In this document: one piece after another, positions 50,162 through 59,877 of the stretch | Layout of the letters: every line of letters starts with the position of its first letter | Position numbering within the stretch: the first letter of the stretch is position 1 | Origin: an uncultured cyanobacterium | GTDB taxonomy: Bacteria; Cyanobacteriota; Cyanobacteriia; Thermostichales; Thermostichaceae | Assembly (NCBI GenBank): GCA_937944885.1 | Contig: CALFBB010000030.1 | Span: 2,077 to 66,076 of the forward strand | Length of the DNA stretch: 64,000 bases | Direction: 5' to 3' | Notes under the pieces: model-generated | What the model saw: the letters and a program-made list of their open reading frames with translations, nothing else | Databases searched by the model: none | Told to the model about the DNA's origin: nothing | Made by a program: the position numbers and the translations under genes

Positions 50162-50701
50162 ATGCGAGAATTGCCTTCCGATGGTTTTAATTCGGCGAGT
50201 ACGCCGCCAGGAGAGCAAACCCTGGCTCTGATGCGTGTGCAGGAAGCTTTAGATCAATTGGAGGCGGCAATTTTGAATAGCCCTCGGTTGTTCTGGTCTC
50301 GCACCCTGATTGAAGAAGAGCGCATTCTGGAATACCTGGATTTTATTCGGCTGAATATGCCGACGGCACTGGAGGAAGCAGAGGAATTGCTGCGCCAGCG
50401 GGATCGCATTTTGGCTCAGGCGGATCGCTACGCCCAAGAAATCGTAGCCATGGCCCAACGGAAAGCCGAGCAGTTGCTCAATGAGTCCACCATCCTGCGG
50501 CAGGCACAAGCTCAGGCAGAGCAGTTATTGCGACAAACCTACCAACAGAGTGAGGAACTCCGTCGTCAATCGCTACAGGAGTCGGAACGGCTACAGCAGG
50601 AAGCCCACCGCTATGTGGATCAGGTTTTACAGGATCTGGAGATGCGCCTGCTGGAGTCTCTACGGGTAATTCGCAACGGGCGACAAAACCTTCAGTCCTA
50701 A
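50162..50701 (+). CDS. cdv3: Cdv3 / DivIVA-like coiled-coil cell division protein
   Basis: LDQLE..IL.SPR....TLIEEE.IL..LD.IR.N.P followed by a long coiled coil; C-terminal YVDQVL.DLE..L...L.VIRNGRQ.L. Confidence 0.75.
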   Translation: MRELPSDGFNSASTPPGEQTLALMRVQEALDQLEAAILNSPRLFWSRTLIEEERILEYLDFIRLNMPTALEEAEELLRQRDRILAQADRYAQEIVAMAQRKAEQLLNESTILRQAQAQAEQLLRQTYQQSEELRRQSLQESERLQQEAHRYVDQVLQDLEMRLLESLRVIRNGRQNLQS

Positions 50702-50831
50702 TTTATTCACTCAGGGACTGTCCAGTTGTCCTTTTTTAGGTCAATATAGGGGTAACATCCAAGCTTGCTTACCCTGCGGATTCGTGGTAACCGGATTGGC
50801 CTCTTGCAGGCGAAGCAAAGACAAGCTCTGG

Positions 50832-51059
50832 ATGGTATCTCAGGAACTCGACCCGCTGCCGATTGCTGTTGCCGAAGGCATACTGACCTTTCGTGGCGGC
50901 CTGACGCAGTTCTTCTTTCGCTTCACCCAAGAGCGCGTGTCACTCTTCTTCAGCGATTGCTACAGAACTGTACTTCCGGGCCCCCTGTGCCAGCGGGCCT
51001 GGATCTTGATATGCGAGTTCCAGCTTCCACCCCATTTGGGGAGCCACCCTGTCGTTTAG
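50832..51059 (+). CDS. Small hypothetical protein (75 aa)
   Basis: ATG 50832; its stop overlaps the AGGAG that precedes the next ORF, suggesting coupling. Confidence 0.4.
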   Translation: MVSQELDPLPIAVAEGILTFRGGLTQFFFRFTQERVSLFFSDCYRTVLPGPLCQRAWILICEFQLPPHLGSHPVV

Positions 51060-51067
51060 GAGATTCT

Positions 51068-51454
51068 ATGCCCATTGAATCGAGAAACCGTAAGAGTCGT
51101 GAAAGCAGTAGCTCACGCCCACGTGACCGGCGTCGTGAATCTGCCAAAAGCAGCAAAGCAGCCGCTCCCAACCCTGACCTCTCTTTGGTGCAACTGATCC
51201 AAGAGAATGCGGTGCTCCAGTCTCGCAATCAGTTGCTTCTCATGTACAGCGACTTTCAAACCGAAATGCCTAATGATGGTAAGACGGGCATTGGTACCTG
51301 GTTGCAGTCGCGCCTCAAAGAGCACGGTATGCCAAGCCTGATGCGCTTTGGCCCGCGCTCTCGCCCTCAGGTTTTCCGCCGCGATGAGTTTTCCGAGTGG
51401 ATCAAACTGGCCCTCACGCCGGTTGGCTCCAGGAGCGATGCTTTTACCAAATGA
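51068..51454 (+). CDS. Hypothetical protein (128 aa), basic Arg/Ser-rich N-terminal tail
   Basis: AGGAG 5 nt upstream of ATG 51068; this is the C-terminal part of track ORF 50765-51454. Confidence 0.55.
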   Translation: MPIESRNRKSRESSSSRPRDRRRESAKSSKAAAPNPDLSLVQLIQENAVLQSRNQLLLMYSDFQTEMPNDGKTGIGTWLQSRLKEHGMPSLMRFGPRSRPQVFRRDEFSEWIKLALTPVGSRSDAFTK

Positions 51455-51571
51455 AATCTCTCTAAATCTCTCTAATAGAGATTTAACTCTGGGTACAGGA
51501 CGAGGGTGAGATGGGCAGGGTTGACCTGTGTCGCTGCTGCCTCTTGTGTTGCCCAAAGTTAGGTGCTCAAG

Positions 51572-53539
51572 TTAGGTGCTCAGGCTGGGGGTAGCGGCTC
51601 GTTTGCTGCCCCCATTGAGGGTGGAGATGGAATCACTCTCATCCGGTAGAAGCCATTCACGAATTAGGCGGGCCGCCGAGCGTTGCAACCAGCGGGAGGC
51701 CAATTGACGGCCCAGTTGCTGTGCCTCAGGCTTGGTGGCCACCTTGGCCACAATCGGGAAAAGCTGCATCGGTTGAAAAGCAGGGTTGCTACTCAACAGT
51801 TCCCACAGCCGCCGCAGGTGCTCGATTGTATCTGAGGTATCTGAGGTAGGCTGAGCTGGGGAGCTCGTCTGAGAGCTTGGGCTAGAAAAAATGACATCCA
51901 CCAGTTTCTCTCGCAAGAAAGCACCCCGTTCAGAAAAAATAAAGTCAAGGGCTTTTTCCAGGGATCCCTGCAAATCAAAATCTTCACTGTTGACAGCGTT
52001 GCGCAGCAGGTTTTCTAAGCGGTTCCAGCGGAATTGTCCTTGATTAAACAGTAGCTCCCGTAGGGAAACCCGCAACTCTGGGGCAGGATCAGTAAGGAGC
52101 CGCTGGGCCACATAGGGGTAGGCCACGCTCAGCACCTTGAAGTTGGGATCCAAACCAATGGCAATCCCCTCTAGAGTCAGCAAAGAGCGAATGATCAGGG
52201 CATAATAGGCAGGCACGCGGAAGGGGAAGTCGTACATCACCCCGGAGAGCTTATCCGTTATGCTCTTAAAGTTGAGCTGGGCTACTGAGCTGCCCATTGC
52301 TTCAGCAAAAACGGCCTCTAGAGCAGGGATAATTGGCCTCAGATCGGTATCCGGGCTAAGAAATTCCAAATCCACGTAGTCTTGAGCTAGCGCGACAAAA
52401 TCCCGGTTGACCAGGTGCACAATTGCCTTGATCAGGCCGTAGCGCTGGTGGGGCTGAATGCTGCTCATCATGCCGAAGTCGATATAGGCCAACCGTCCAT
52501 CGGCCATCGCCAAGAGGTTGCCGGGGTGAGGATCGGCGTGGAAAAAGCCATTTTCCAACAGCTGCTTGAGGGAGCAATTCACCCCAATCTCGATTAGGTG
52601 TCGCCCATCCAGACCGGCGGCCGTAATTTTGTCCAGTTGGGTGAGCTTGATGCCGTCAATCCACTCCATCGTCAGCACCTTGGTGCGGGTGTATTCCCAG
52701 TAGATTTTGGGGGCGTAGATGGAGGGATGGCGGTACAACTGCAGAAAGCGCTCGGCATTACGCCCTTCCTGGGTGTAGTCCATTTCTTCGTACAGGCGTC
52801 CGGCAAACTCCTCCACAATGCCCACCAAGTCGCTGCGAATGTGGCGGAAGGTTTGCTTAGCCCAGACAGCCAACCCACGAATGATGTACATATCGAGAGA
52901 AATACGCCCGATCAAGTCGGGGCGCTGCACCTTCACCGCCACTTTCTCCCCCGTGTGCAAATAGGCTTGGTAAACCTGTCCTAAGCTGGCAGCGGCAATC
53001 GGTTCAGGGGCAATCTCGCGGTAGATTTGGTGCAGGGGTAAGCCAATCTCAGACTCGATCAGCTCAAAGGCAATCCTGTTGTCAAAAGGGGGTAGCTCAT
53101 CCTGGAGTTTGGCCAGTTCCTCCAAAAACAAAGGCGAAACCAAATCGGGGCGGGTGGAGAGGGCTTGGCCGATTTTGATCGCCGTTGGGCCGAGTTCCGT
53201 GAGAATCTCCCGCAGTCGGGCAGCATGTTTGGGGCGGTTCTTCAGCTCTACCCCCCGCCAGCGGTCCCAGAAAACCCAAGCCAGCAAGCCCAGAAAGGGG
53301 GTAATCAACTGAAACCAACGCCGCAGCACCAAGTCCCAGCGGCCACGGTACTGCTCGGCCAACTGCTGCGGGTCGTAACGCAGGGCTGGCTTTGCGGCTA
53401 CAGGTTGGCTGCCGGATGCAGTAGGGGTGGATGAAACCCCAGAACCTGCCGCTGCAGAGACAAGGCTGTGCTGCACCACTATTGATGTTGAGGGTGATGT
53501 TGAGGGTGATGTTGAGGGTGTTGACGGTGTTGCGCCCAT
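51572..53539 (-). CDS. ABC1/UbiB/AarF family atypical kinase
   Basis: LGPTAIKIGQALSTRPD, AAASLGQVY, VAVKVQRP, EMDY, FFHADPHPGN, YIDFGMM. Confidence 0.96.
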   Translation of the reverse strand: MGATPSTPSTSPSTSPSTSIVVQHSLVSAAAGSGVSSTPTASGSQPVAAKPALRYDPQQLAEQYRGRWDLVLRRWFQLITPFLGLLAWVFWDRWRGVELKNRPKHAARLREILTELGPTAIKIGQALSTRPDLVSPLFLEELAKLQDELPPFDNRIAFELIESEIGLPLHQIYREIAPEPIAAASLGQVYQAYLHTGEKVAVKVQRPDLIGRISLDMYIIRGLAVWAKQTFRHIRSDLVGIVEEFAGRLYEEMDYTQEGRNAERFLQLYRHPSIYAPKIYWEYTRTKVLTMEWIDGIKLTQLDKITAAGLDGRHLIEIGVNCSLKQLLENGFFHADPHPGNLLAMADGRLAYIDFGMMSSIQPHQRYGLIKAIVHLVNRDFVALAQDYVDLEFLSPDTDLRPIIPALEAVFAEAMGSSVAQLNFKSITDKLSGVMYDFPFRVPAYYALIIRSLLTLEGIAIGLDPNFKVLSVAYPYVAQRLLTDPAPELRVSLRELLFNQGQFRWNRLENLLRNAVNSEDFDLQGSLEKALDFIFSERGAFLREKLVDVIFSSPSSQTSSPAQPTSDTSDTIEHLRRLWELLSSNPAFQPMQLFPIVAKVATKPEAQQLGRQLASRWLQRSAARLIREWLLPDESDSISTLNGGSKRAATPSLST

Positions 53540-53714
53540 AGAAGCCCCGACGGATCCCGTAACACATCTTAACTTGTCAACTCAGGTCAGCGCCCCGCCG
53601 GGATGGGGATTGGTCCGCTCCACTTGGCTGCTGATACACATCAACTTCTCGTTTCTACCTATGGGCTGAGCTGCTCATCCCTCCTAAGATGGGAAGACTG
53701 TAACATCTGTCTCT

Positions 53715-54590
53715 GTGTCTGGATCGGCTATTCTCCCGCGCTCTCAGGATTCAACTTGCTTTGAAGCTCTCAAGGCTCGCCACCTACTGGTGGCTTTTTT
53801 GCTGATCAACCTAACGGTGGGTTTGCTGGTGGTGCTATTGGCTAAGCTCTGGAATGTGGAGGCGGATGATCCCCTGCTGGCTTATATTGCTTATTGCCTT
53901 ACCTTCATCTCGACTTGTGGTTGGAGCTGGCAACGGGGGCGACGGGCCCATTTACGCATGGGGCGGCTGTGGGGGCCTTGCTGTTCTCCTATTTCCTGGG
54001 GATCCCTGCTGCGGGTGGTGCCGGCTTTGGTGATCTTCTCTATGGGGACAACCCTGTTGATGCTCTACTTGGTATCGCTGCTCGCACCAGAGCTGACCGA
54101 GTCGATGCTGCACTCGCTGGGGGAAAGTGCTGGTGAAACAGATTGGCCGCTGGTGTATCAAGGGCTACGTTGGCTGTCGATTGTGGTGGTGGCGCCGGTC
54201 ACGGAAGAATGGCTGTTTCGCGGCCTTTTGCTGCACCGCTGGAGCCTCAAGTGGGGCATCCCCAAGGGGCTACTGGCTTCTTCGCTGGTATTTGGTCTGT
54301 TGCACCCTAACCCTATTGGCCTGACCCTGTTTGGCCTGGTGATGGGTTTGTTTTATCTCCAGACCCGTTCCTTGACTTTGCCCATTTTGGCCCATGTCCT
54401 GAATAATATTCTGGCTTTAACACTGGGAGCTTTGGGGGGAGAAGGAACTGGACAAAGGGATCCAACTGGCATCTTTTATCTGTGCTATGGCCTGCTCTGC
54501 CTGCTCTTGGCTGGCTCCATTTTGCTGCCTTTTATTCGGTTTCACTGGCCGGAACGCGGTACGAAGCTGCCCTATTTTCTTAACTGTTAA
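53715..54590 (+). CDS. CPBP (CAAX/Abi) intramembrane glutamic endopeptidase
   Basis: APVTEEWLFRG, FGLLH, AHVLNN motifs intact. Confidence 0.9.
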   Translation: MSGSAILPRSQDSTCFEALKARHLLVAFLLINLTVGLLVVLLAKLWNVEADDPLLAYIAYCLTFISTCGWSWQRGRRAHLRMGRLWGPCCSPISWGSLLRVVPALVIFSMGTTLLMLYLVSLLAPELTESMLHSLGESAGETDWPLVYQGLRWLSIVVVAPVTEEWLFRGLLLHRWSLKWGIPKGLLASSLVFGLLHPNPIGLTLFGLVMGLFYLQTRSLTLPILAHVLNNILALTLGALGGEGTGQRDPTGIFYLCYGLLCLLLAGSILLPFIRFHWPERGTKLPYFLNC

Positions 54591-54846
54591 GTGAGTATTT
54601 CTACTTGTTTTTCTCTTGTAGAGGAAGGTAGAACTCCTCATCTAAAGGTCAGGGAGAGGTCCTTCTCATTTTGGTAATGAATACAAAGAAAACGCTAAAA
54701 ACTGTCACGGGATCCCTCGAAAAAGCCCTGAGGATAAGGATATCCTAAAACTAGGCAGCACATATCCAAAGCTCAGCGGTGGCTTGCGCGTGGTGCTAAG
54801 CACCTTGTGCAGCAGAATCAAGGGGTTGCTGAGTCTGAAGGTCAAC

Positions 54847-56979
54847 ATGGAAAGGCGGTCTTTTCTGCAAAAGTTAATCCTGGTTGCTGTCGGTCTGGGT
54901 ATGTCTCCAGGCTGGTTAGTGGCGCAGTCGGGGCGCTACGGACAGGCTTTGGCTGCTGGTTCCCGTAAGTTGGCCCTGTTGATCGGCATCAACCGCTATG
55001 CAGAGGGATCCCTGTTGCAGGGTTGCCTGACAGATGTGGAGCTGCAACGGGAGCTGCTTTTGTATCGCTTTGGTTTTGCTCCCGCCGACATCCTCACCCT
55101 TACCGATGCGGCAGCTACTGTTGAGGGTCTGCAGGCAGCCTTTGCCGATCACCTAGGGGGGCAAGGTCGCACAGCCGAAACGGTGGTGGTGCAGTTTAGT
55201 GGCTATGGCCAGTGGCGATGGGGATCCCAAAATCGCTGGCAGCCGGTGCTGCTGTTGGCGGAGGAGGCAACCCTAGGGTTGGAGACCTTTTTTCAACTTC
55301 TGGATAGCTTGGGTACGGTCCAGCTGACGACTCTACTGGACTGTGGTTTTACCTACATTCCTCCGGCAGTGCGAGGTAATTTGCAGCTGCGCTCTCGCCC
55401 TGCGGTTGTCCCAAAAGGGGCGGAATTCAGCAGCGCCAACGCTGAGGCAGAACCGCCCCGCTGGTGGCCCTCTTCCCCCAAGGGCTTACTGATTGCGGCC
55501 ACAACCCCTCAGGATTTGGCTGCTGAAGCCAGTTGGCCGGGATTTTATGCGGGTGTACTCACCTACCTACTGACCCAGTATCTGTGGGAAACCCTACCGG
55601 CTACCCGTCTGGCGGTGGCCTTCAACCAAGTCTCCAGCCGCCGAGAGCTGGGGATGTTTGCTTGCCAACGCCCCACTTTAGAGACCAAAGAAACCGCTCG
55701 CCGCATCCCTCCCTATTTTCTCCCTCTAGACCAGCCAGGGGTGAGTGGTGTTATCCAAGAGGTGAAGGGAAATCGAGCGCACGTGTGGTTGGGTGGGATC
55801 CCGCCGGCAGCCTTATGTGGGTTGCAGCCGGGCACCCTTTTTACCCCTATTCCTGCGGATGCGTCCCAGCAAACCACTCTTCCACCCACCCCACTGGTGC
55901 TACGCTCTCGCAACAGCTTGTTGGCTCAGGTGCAGCTTTCTGGTTCCGAAGGGCAGTTGCCGCCTGTGGGTACTCCTTTGCGGGAACAGCTACGCAGCAT
56001 CTCCAGCACCCTCAAGCTGTTGGTTGGCCTGGAAGACAACCTGGGCCGCATCGAAAAGGTAGATATCACCAATGCCATCGCCGGCTATAGCTGGATGGAA
56101 ACGGCTAACCCCCGCGAACGACAGGTGGATTGTCTCTTGGGCCGCATTACCCCGGAAATGGCAAAAGCTTTTCAAGCCGATACCCTGCCCAAGCCTTTGC
56201 AAGTGAACAGCTACAGCCTCTTCTGGCCCGGACGAGAACTGGTCTTGGATTCCTGTGGGCCGGTCGGGGAAGCTGCTGCTATGGCAGTACAGCGGTTGGC
56301 TCCACGCCTAGCCCACCTGTTGGCAGCCAAGCGGTTGCGCACTACCTTGAATGCTGCCACCTCTCCCCTGGCTGTGGTGGCGGAACTGGCCTGCAAAGAT
56401 AAAGATAAAGCCCCTTCTTTGGCAGCGCGCTTGACCCAAGCAGTAACCTCCCCTCCAGTTGAACTGGGTATGCCCCGCTTCATGCGGGGGGATCCCTTGC
56501 GCCTGACCCTGCGCAACAACAGCGAGCGAGATTTATTCGGCTATGTGTTGATGATCGACCCAACTGGGCAGCTGCACCTGCTGGCGCCGATGCCGCAAGA
56601 TAACTTCACCCTACCGCTGCGTCTAGAAGCCCAAAACAGCTTGATTTTGCCCCGTTTGTCTGAAACGGAGAGTGAGTTGCGTATCGCTTCAAGTAGCTCG
56701 GATTTGTTGACCTGTAACCCGCAAGGGTTGACGGAGTTGCTCTTTGTGGCTAGCACCCGCCCCCTGCAGGCCAGCTTGGAAGCTCTCAGAAGCATGGCCC
56801 GCAAACTGGGGGTAACCCGCTCGCCGATGTTGCTGAAGGGGCCGCTGGAATGGACACAAACCCTGCTAGAAGAGCTAACCAGCCGTGCTTCTGAGTCTTT
56901 TGGTTCTGGGGATGGTGACCTGCGGCTGCTGGATCCAGCGGAATCGATTACTCTTTCTCTCACCTACACGCTGGTGTGA
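54847..56979 (+). CDS. Caspase-fold (C14) pseudo-orthocaspase with C-terminal DUF4384
   Basis: RRSFL twin-arginine-like leader; KLALLIGINRY, LQGCLTDVELQRELL; FSGYG in place of FSGHG and LDCGF in place of DxC; C-terminal DUF4384-like domain. Confidence 0.85.
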   Translation: MERRSFLQKLILVAVGLGMSPGWLVAQSGRYGQALAAGSRKLALLIGINRYAEGSLLQGCLTDVELQRELLLYRFGFAPADILTLTDAAATVEGLQAAFADHLGGQGRTAETVVVQFSGYGQWRWGSQNRWQPVLLLAEEATLGLETFFQLLDSLGTVQLTTLLDCGFTYIPPAVRGNLQLRSRPAVVPKGAEFSSANAEAEPPRWWPSSPKGLLIAATTPQDLAAEASWPGFYAGVLTYLLTQYLWETLPATRLAVAFNQVSSRRELGMFACQRPTLETKETARRIPPYFLPLDQPGVSGVIQEVKGNRAHVWLGGIPPAALCGLQPGTLFTPIPADASQQTTLPPTPLVLRSRNSLLAQVQLSGSEGQLPPVGTPLREQLRSISSTLKLLVGLEDNLGRIEKVDITNAIAGYSWMETANPRERQVDCLLGRITPEMAKAFQADTLPKPLQVNSYSLFWPGRELVLDSCGPVGEAAAMAVQRLAPRLAHLLAAKRLRTTLNAATSPLAVVAELACKDKDKAPSLAARLTQAVTSPPVELGMPRFMRGDPLRLTLRNNSERDLFGYVLMIDPTGQLHLLAPMPQDNFTLPLRLEAQNSLILPRLSETESELRIASSSSDLLTCNPQGLTELLFVASTRPLQASLEALRSMARKLGVTRSPMLLKGPLEWTQTLLEELTSRASESFGSGDGDLRLLDPAESITLSLTYTLV

Positions 56980-56984
56980 GACCC

Positions 56985-57656
56985 TCAGCTCAGCAGCAGA
57001 GCAAAAAGACCACATAGGGCAATGCCATCAAACACCCCTGCCCCACCGATGCTGAGAATACCGGAACAATTGCGCCGCAGCACCTCCGGTAAATGCAGCA
57101 GATCGGCTCCGATTACCGTGCCCAAGACCCCACCGGCAAAAGCAACTGCCGGTGCTTGCTCCCCGGCAATCAGAAAAGAAACCAAGGCAGCTGTTGCCGG
57201 CGCAATCAACGGATTCATCTGAATGCCGATCCCGGACACCACCTGGGAAGCATAGTAACTTACCCCCGTCACCAACAGCGTTACCGCCAGGATCATCCCC
57301 ACATCGGCCCGGCCCAACTGGTACAGGGCCAAAATTAACGGGATCAGTCCTCCCCCGACATTCAAAGCAACCACCGTCTCCTGGGACATCTTCAGCAGGG
57401 GGATCCCCCAGAATTGCCGCATCCACAGACTGGCCAGATCCTCCACCACGGCAACCTCACACTTCACCCGGTAAAGGGGGATATTGATTGAGCTACCCAC
57501 CAACACTGCCAGTAACAAAAGTAAAGCCGCATCCCGCGAAAACCCCAACTTAGACACCGCCACTGCCACCACGTCTACTGCCAACCCCAGCCAAACCAAA
57601 GGCAGCAGCAGCACCAGCATCACAAACAACAGCAGCGAGACCGGTAAGTAAAACAT
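56985..57656 (-). CDS. DUF1614 membrane protein
   Basis: GSSINIPL, ALNVGGGLIP, GVLGTVIGADLLHL, SIGGAGVFDGI. Confidence 0.88.
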   Translation of the reverse strand: MFYLPVSLLLFVMLVLLLPLVWLGLAVDVVAVAVSKLGFSRDAALLLLLAVLVGSSINIPLYRVKCEVAVVEDLASLWMRQFWGIPLLKMSQETVVALNVGGGLIPLILALYQLGRADVGMILAVTLLVTGVSYYASQVVSGIGIQMNPLIAPATAALVSFLIAGEQAPAVAFAGGVLGTVIGADLLHLPEVLRRNCSGILSIGGAGVFDGIALCGLFALLLS

Positions 57657-57766
57657 CGTTGGGATCCCCTCCGCAGTAGATCGAGAGCCAATGATCTATC
57701 GATTCAAAACAAGCATGGATCCAACTTAGATTAGGTGGATCCCCTTGGTTCTCTAGCCTATCAGGA

Positions 57767-58702
57767 CTACCGTAGCCGCATTTGTGGATCCAGAGCATCC
57801 CGCAGCCCATCACCGACAAAATTGATGCTCAGTACCGTCAAGAAGATCATCAAACCGGGGAAAAAAGCCATGTGAGGGGCCTGCTCCAGATAATCACGGG
57901 CATCAAACAGTAACCTTCCCCAAGTGGGGGTATCCGGTGGGAAGCCAAGCCCCAAAAAACTCAAGGTGGACTCGGTGATGATTGCCGTTCCCACCGACAA
58001 GGTCGCCGCCACAATCACCGGGCTCAGTACATTCGGAAAAATATGTATCCAAATCAGCCGATGGGCAGGAGCCCCAATGGCTTGAGCAGCCAAGACAAAA
58101 TCCATCTCCCGTACGCTCAAGAAGCTAGCCCGCACCAGTCGCGCCACCGACATCCAGTTCAAGCTGCCAATCACCAGCACCATCAGCAGAAAAATCCCCG
58201 TCTCCGGCCCCGCCAACCGCCGCAACGTTTCTCGAAACAGAAAGATCACCATCAACAACACCGGCAACTGCGGCAGCGACAAAAACAAATCTGTAAAGCG
58301 CATCAGGGCCACATCCAGCCATCCCCCATAAAACCCCGATATGGCTCCGATCAACGTGCCAACCGTGATCGCCACCAGCATTGAGGTAATGCCCACCGAC
58401 AGCGAGACTCGCCCCCCCCGCAGCACCCGTGCCAAGACATCTTGCCCGAGATCATTAGTGCCAAACGGATGAGCCCAACTGGGGGGTATTTGGGCACGGG
58501 AGAAATCAATCTGTCTGTGGGAGGCCGTGTATACCAGCGGGCCTACCACACAGGCCAAAACAATGATAATCAGGGTCGCAGCCCCAAACAGGGCCAACTT
58601 GTCACGGCGAAACCGTCGCCAAGCATCTCCCCACAAGGTACGCGGTGGACGTTCTGGCGCAGTAGTTTGGGAGAGAGTAGAGCTCGAAGCAGACATAGGC
58701 AA
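57767..58702 (-). CDS. Peptide/nickel ABC transporter permease (DppC/OppC type)
   Basis: HPFGTNDLGQDVLARVL.GGRVSL, EAA-loop FVLAAQAIGA, LSFLGLG. Confidence 0.93.
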   Translation of the reverse strand: MPMSASSSTLSQTTAPERPPRTLWGDAWRRFRRDKLALFGAATLIIIVLACVVGPLVYTASHRQIDFSRAQIPPSWAHPFGTNDLGQDVLARVLRGGRVSLSVGITSMLVAITVGTLIGAISGFYGGWLDVALMRFTDLFLSLPQLPVLLMVIFLFRETLRRLAGPETGIFLLMVLVIGSLNWMSVARLVRASFLSVREMDFVLAAQAIGAPAHRLIWIHIFPNVLSPVIVAATLSVGTAIITESTLSFLGLGFPPDTPTWGRLLFDARDYLEQAPHMAFFPGLMIFLTVLSINFVGDGLRDALDPQMRLR

Positions 58703-58747
58703 ATTCGCGTCCAGGATGAGATTTAACAGTGGATTCGCAATCGATCC

Positions 58748-59710
58748 CTAGCGCGTATACTGCACCCGCGGATCCAGAATGCCGTAGAGAATATCGGCCA
58801 CCAAATTAAAAATCACAATCAAAATGGCATAGATAAAAGTAATGGCCATAACCACCGGCGTATCCCCCCGATAAATGGAGTCCACCAGCAAAGCGCCGAT
58901 CCCCGGCACCCGGAAAATCTGTTCCGTCACCAACGCCCCCGTAAACACAGTGGGAATATCCAAAGCCACCAGCGTGACCACCGGGATCAAAGCATTACGC
59001 AAAATGTGCCGGTTCACCACCACAAAATTCCGCAAGCCTTTAGCCCTAGCGGTACGCACATAATCCCGGTTCATTTGCTCGAGCATTGAGGCCCGCACAA
59101 AGCGCATCAACACTGCCGCCTGAAACAACACCAAAACCATCACCGGCATGATGGATTGGCGTACCTGTGCCATGAAGGTGGCCCAATTGGTGACCCGCAG
59201 CGTGCTGTTGTAGATGAAAGGGAACCAGCGCAGTTGCACACTGAAAATAATGATGAACAAAATGCCCGTAAAAAAGGTGGGCAAGGAAAAGCCCACAAAA
59301 GCCAGCGTTGTAACCACCTGATCGAAAAAGGTGTAGCGCTTCAAAGCAGAGATTACCCCCAAAGGCACCGCCAGCAAAGCCGCCAAGAGGTAAGCCGTAC
59401 CAACAACCCAAAGGGTAGTGGGCAACCGTTGCAAAATCAAATTCACCACCGGGCTGCGACTATTGAAAGAAAAGCCCATATCCCCGCGCACAAAGGCCCA
59501 CAGCCACTTCACGTAGCGGATATAAATCGGCTGATCCAACCCCAAAGAACGGCGAATGTTCTCCCGCACTTCCGCAGTAATGGCCGGGTTGGTGGCAAAT
59601 TCTGCCATCGGATCCCCAGGGGCCAAAGCAAGAATGGCGAACACCACAACACTGATAGCCAACAACGTGGGAATGGAGATCAACAGGCGGTTAATCAAGT
59701 AGCGAGTCAT
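58748..59710 (-). CDS. Peptide/nickel ABC transporter permease (DppB/OppB type)
   Basis: APGDP, GLDQP...Y.KWL, DYVRTARAKGL, TEQIF..PGIG. Confidence 0.93.
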   Translation of the reverse strand: MTRYLINRLLISIPTLLAISVVVFAILALAPGDPMAEFATNPAITAEVRENIRRSLGLDQPIYIRYVKWLWAFVRGDMGFSFNSRSPVVNLILQRLPTTLWVVGTAYLLAALLAVPLGVISALKRYTFFDQVVTTLAFVGFSLPTFFTGILFIIIFSVQLRWFPFIYNSTLRVTNWATFMAQVRQSIMPVMVLVLFQAAVLMRFVRASMLEQMNRDYVRTARAKGLRNFVVVNRHILRNALIPVVTLVALDIPTVFTGALVTEQIFRVPGIGALLVDSIYRGDTPVVMAITFIYAILIVIFNLVADILYGILDPRVQYTR

Positions 59711-59877
59711 GGCATCCGTAGAAGCGTTAAATCAGCAGACAAAAGCATCGCCGTCACAGTCCGGTTGATTAACTCAAACCCCTGGGAAAAACATCTGGAA
59801 TTGTTATCGGTGTCTACTTGCCAACAACAAAAGGGGATCCCTTTGACAACATAAGGGATCCCCAAGTAGCTCTGCAT

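Noticed and set aside
50765-51454. Single 229-aa protein as listed in the track
   Set aside because: The N-terminal half looks non-coding in that frame; an RBS and ATG at 51068 and an alternative frame at 50832 fit better.
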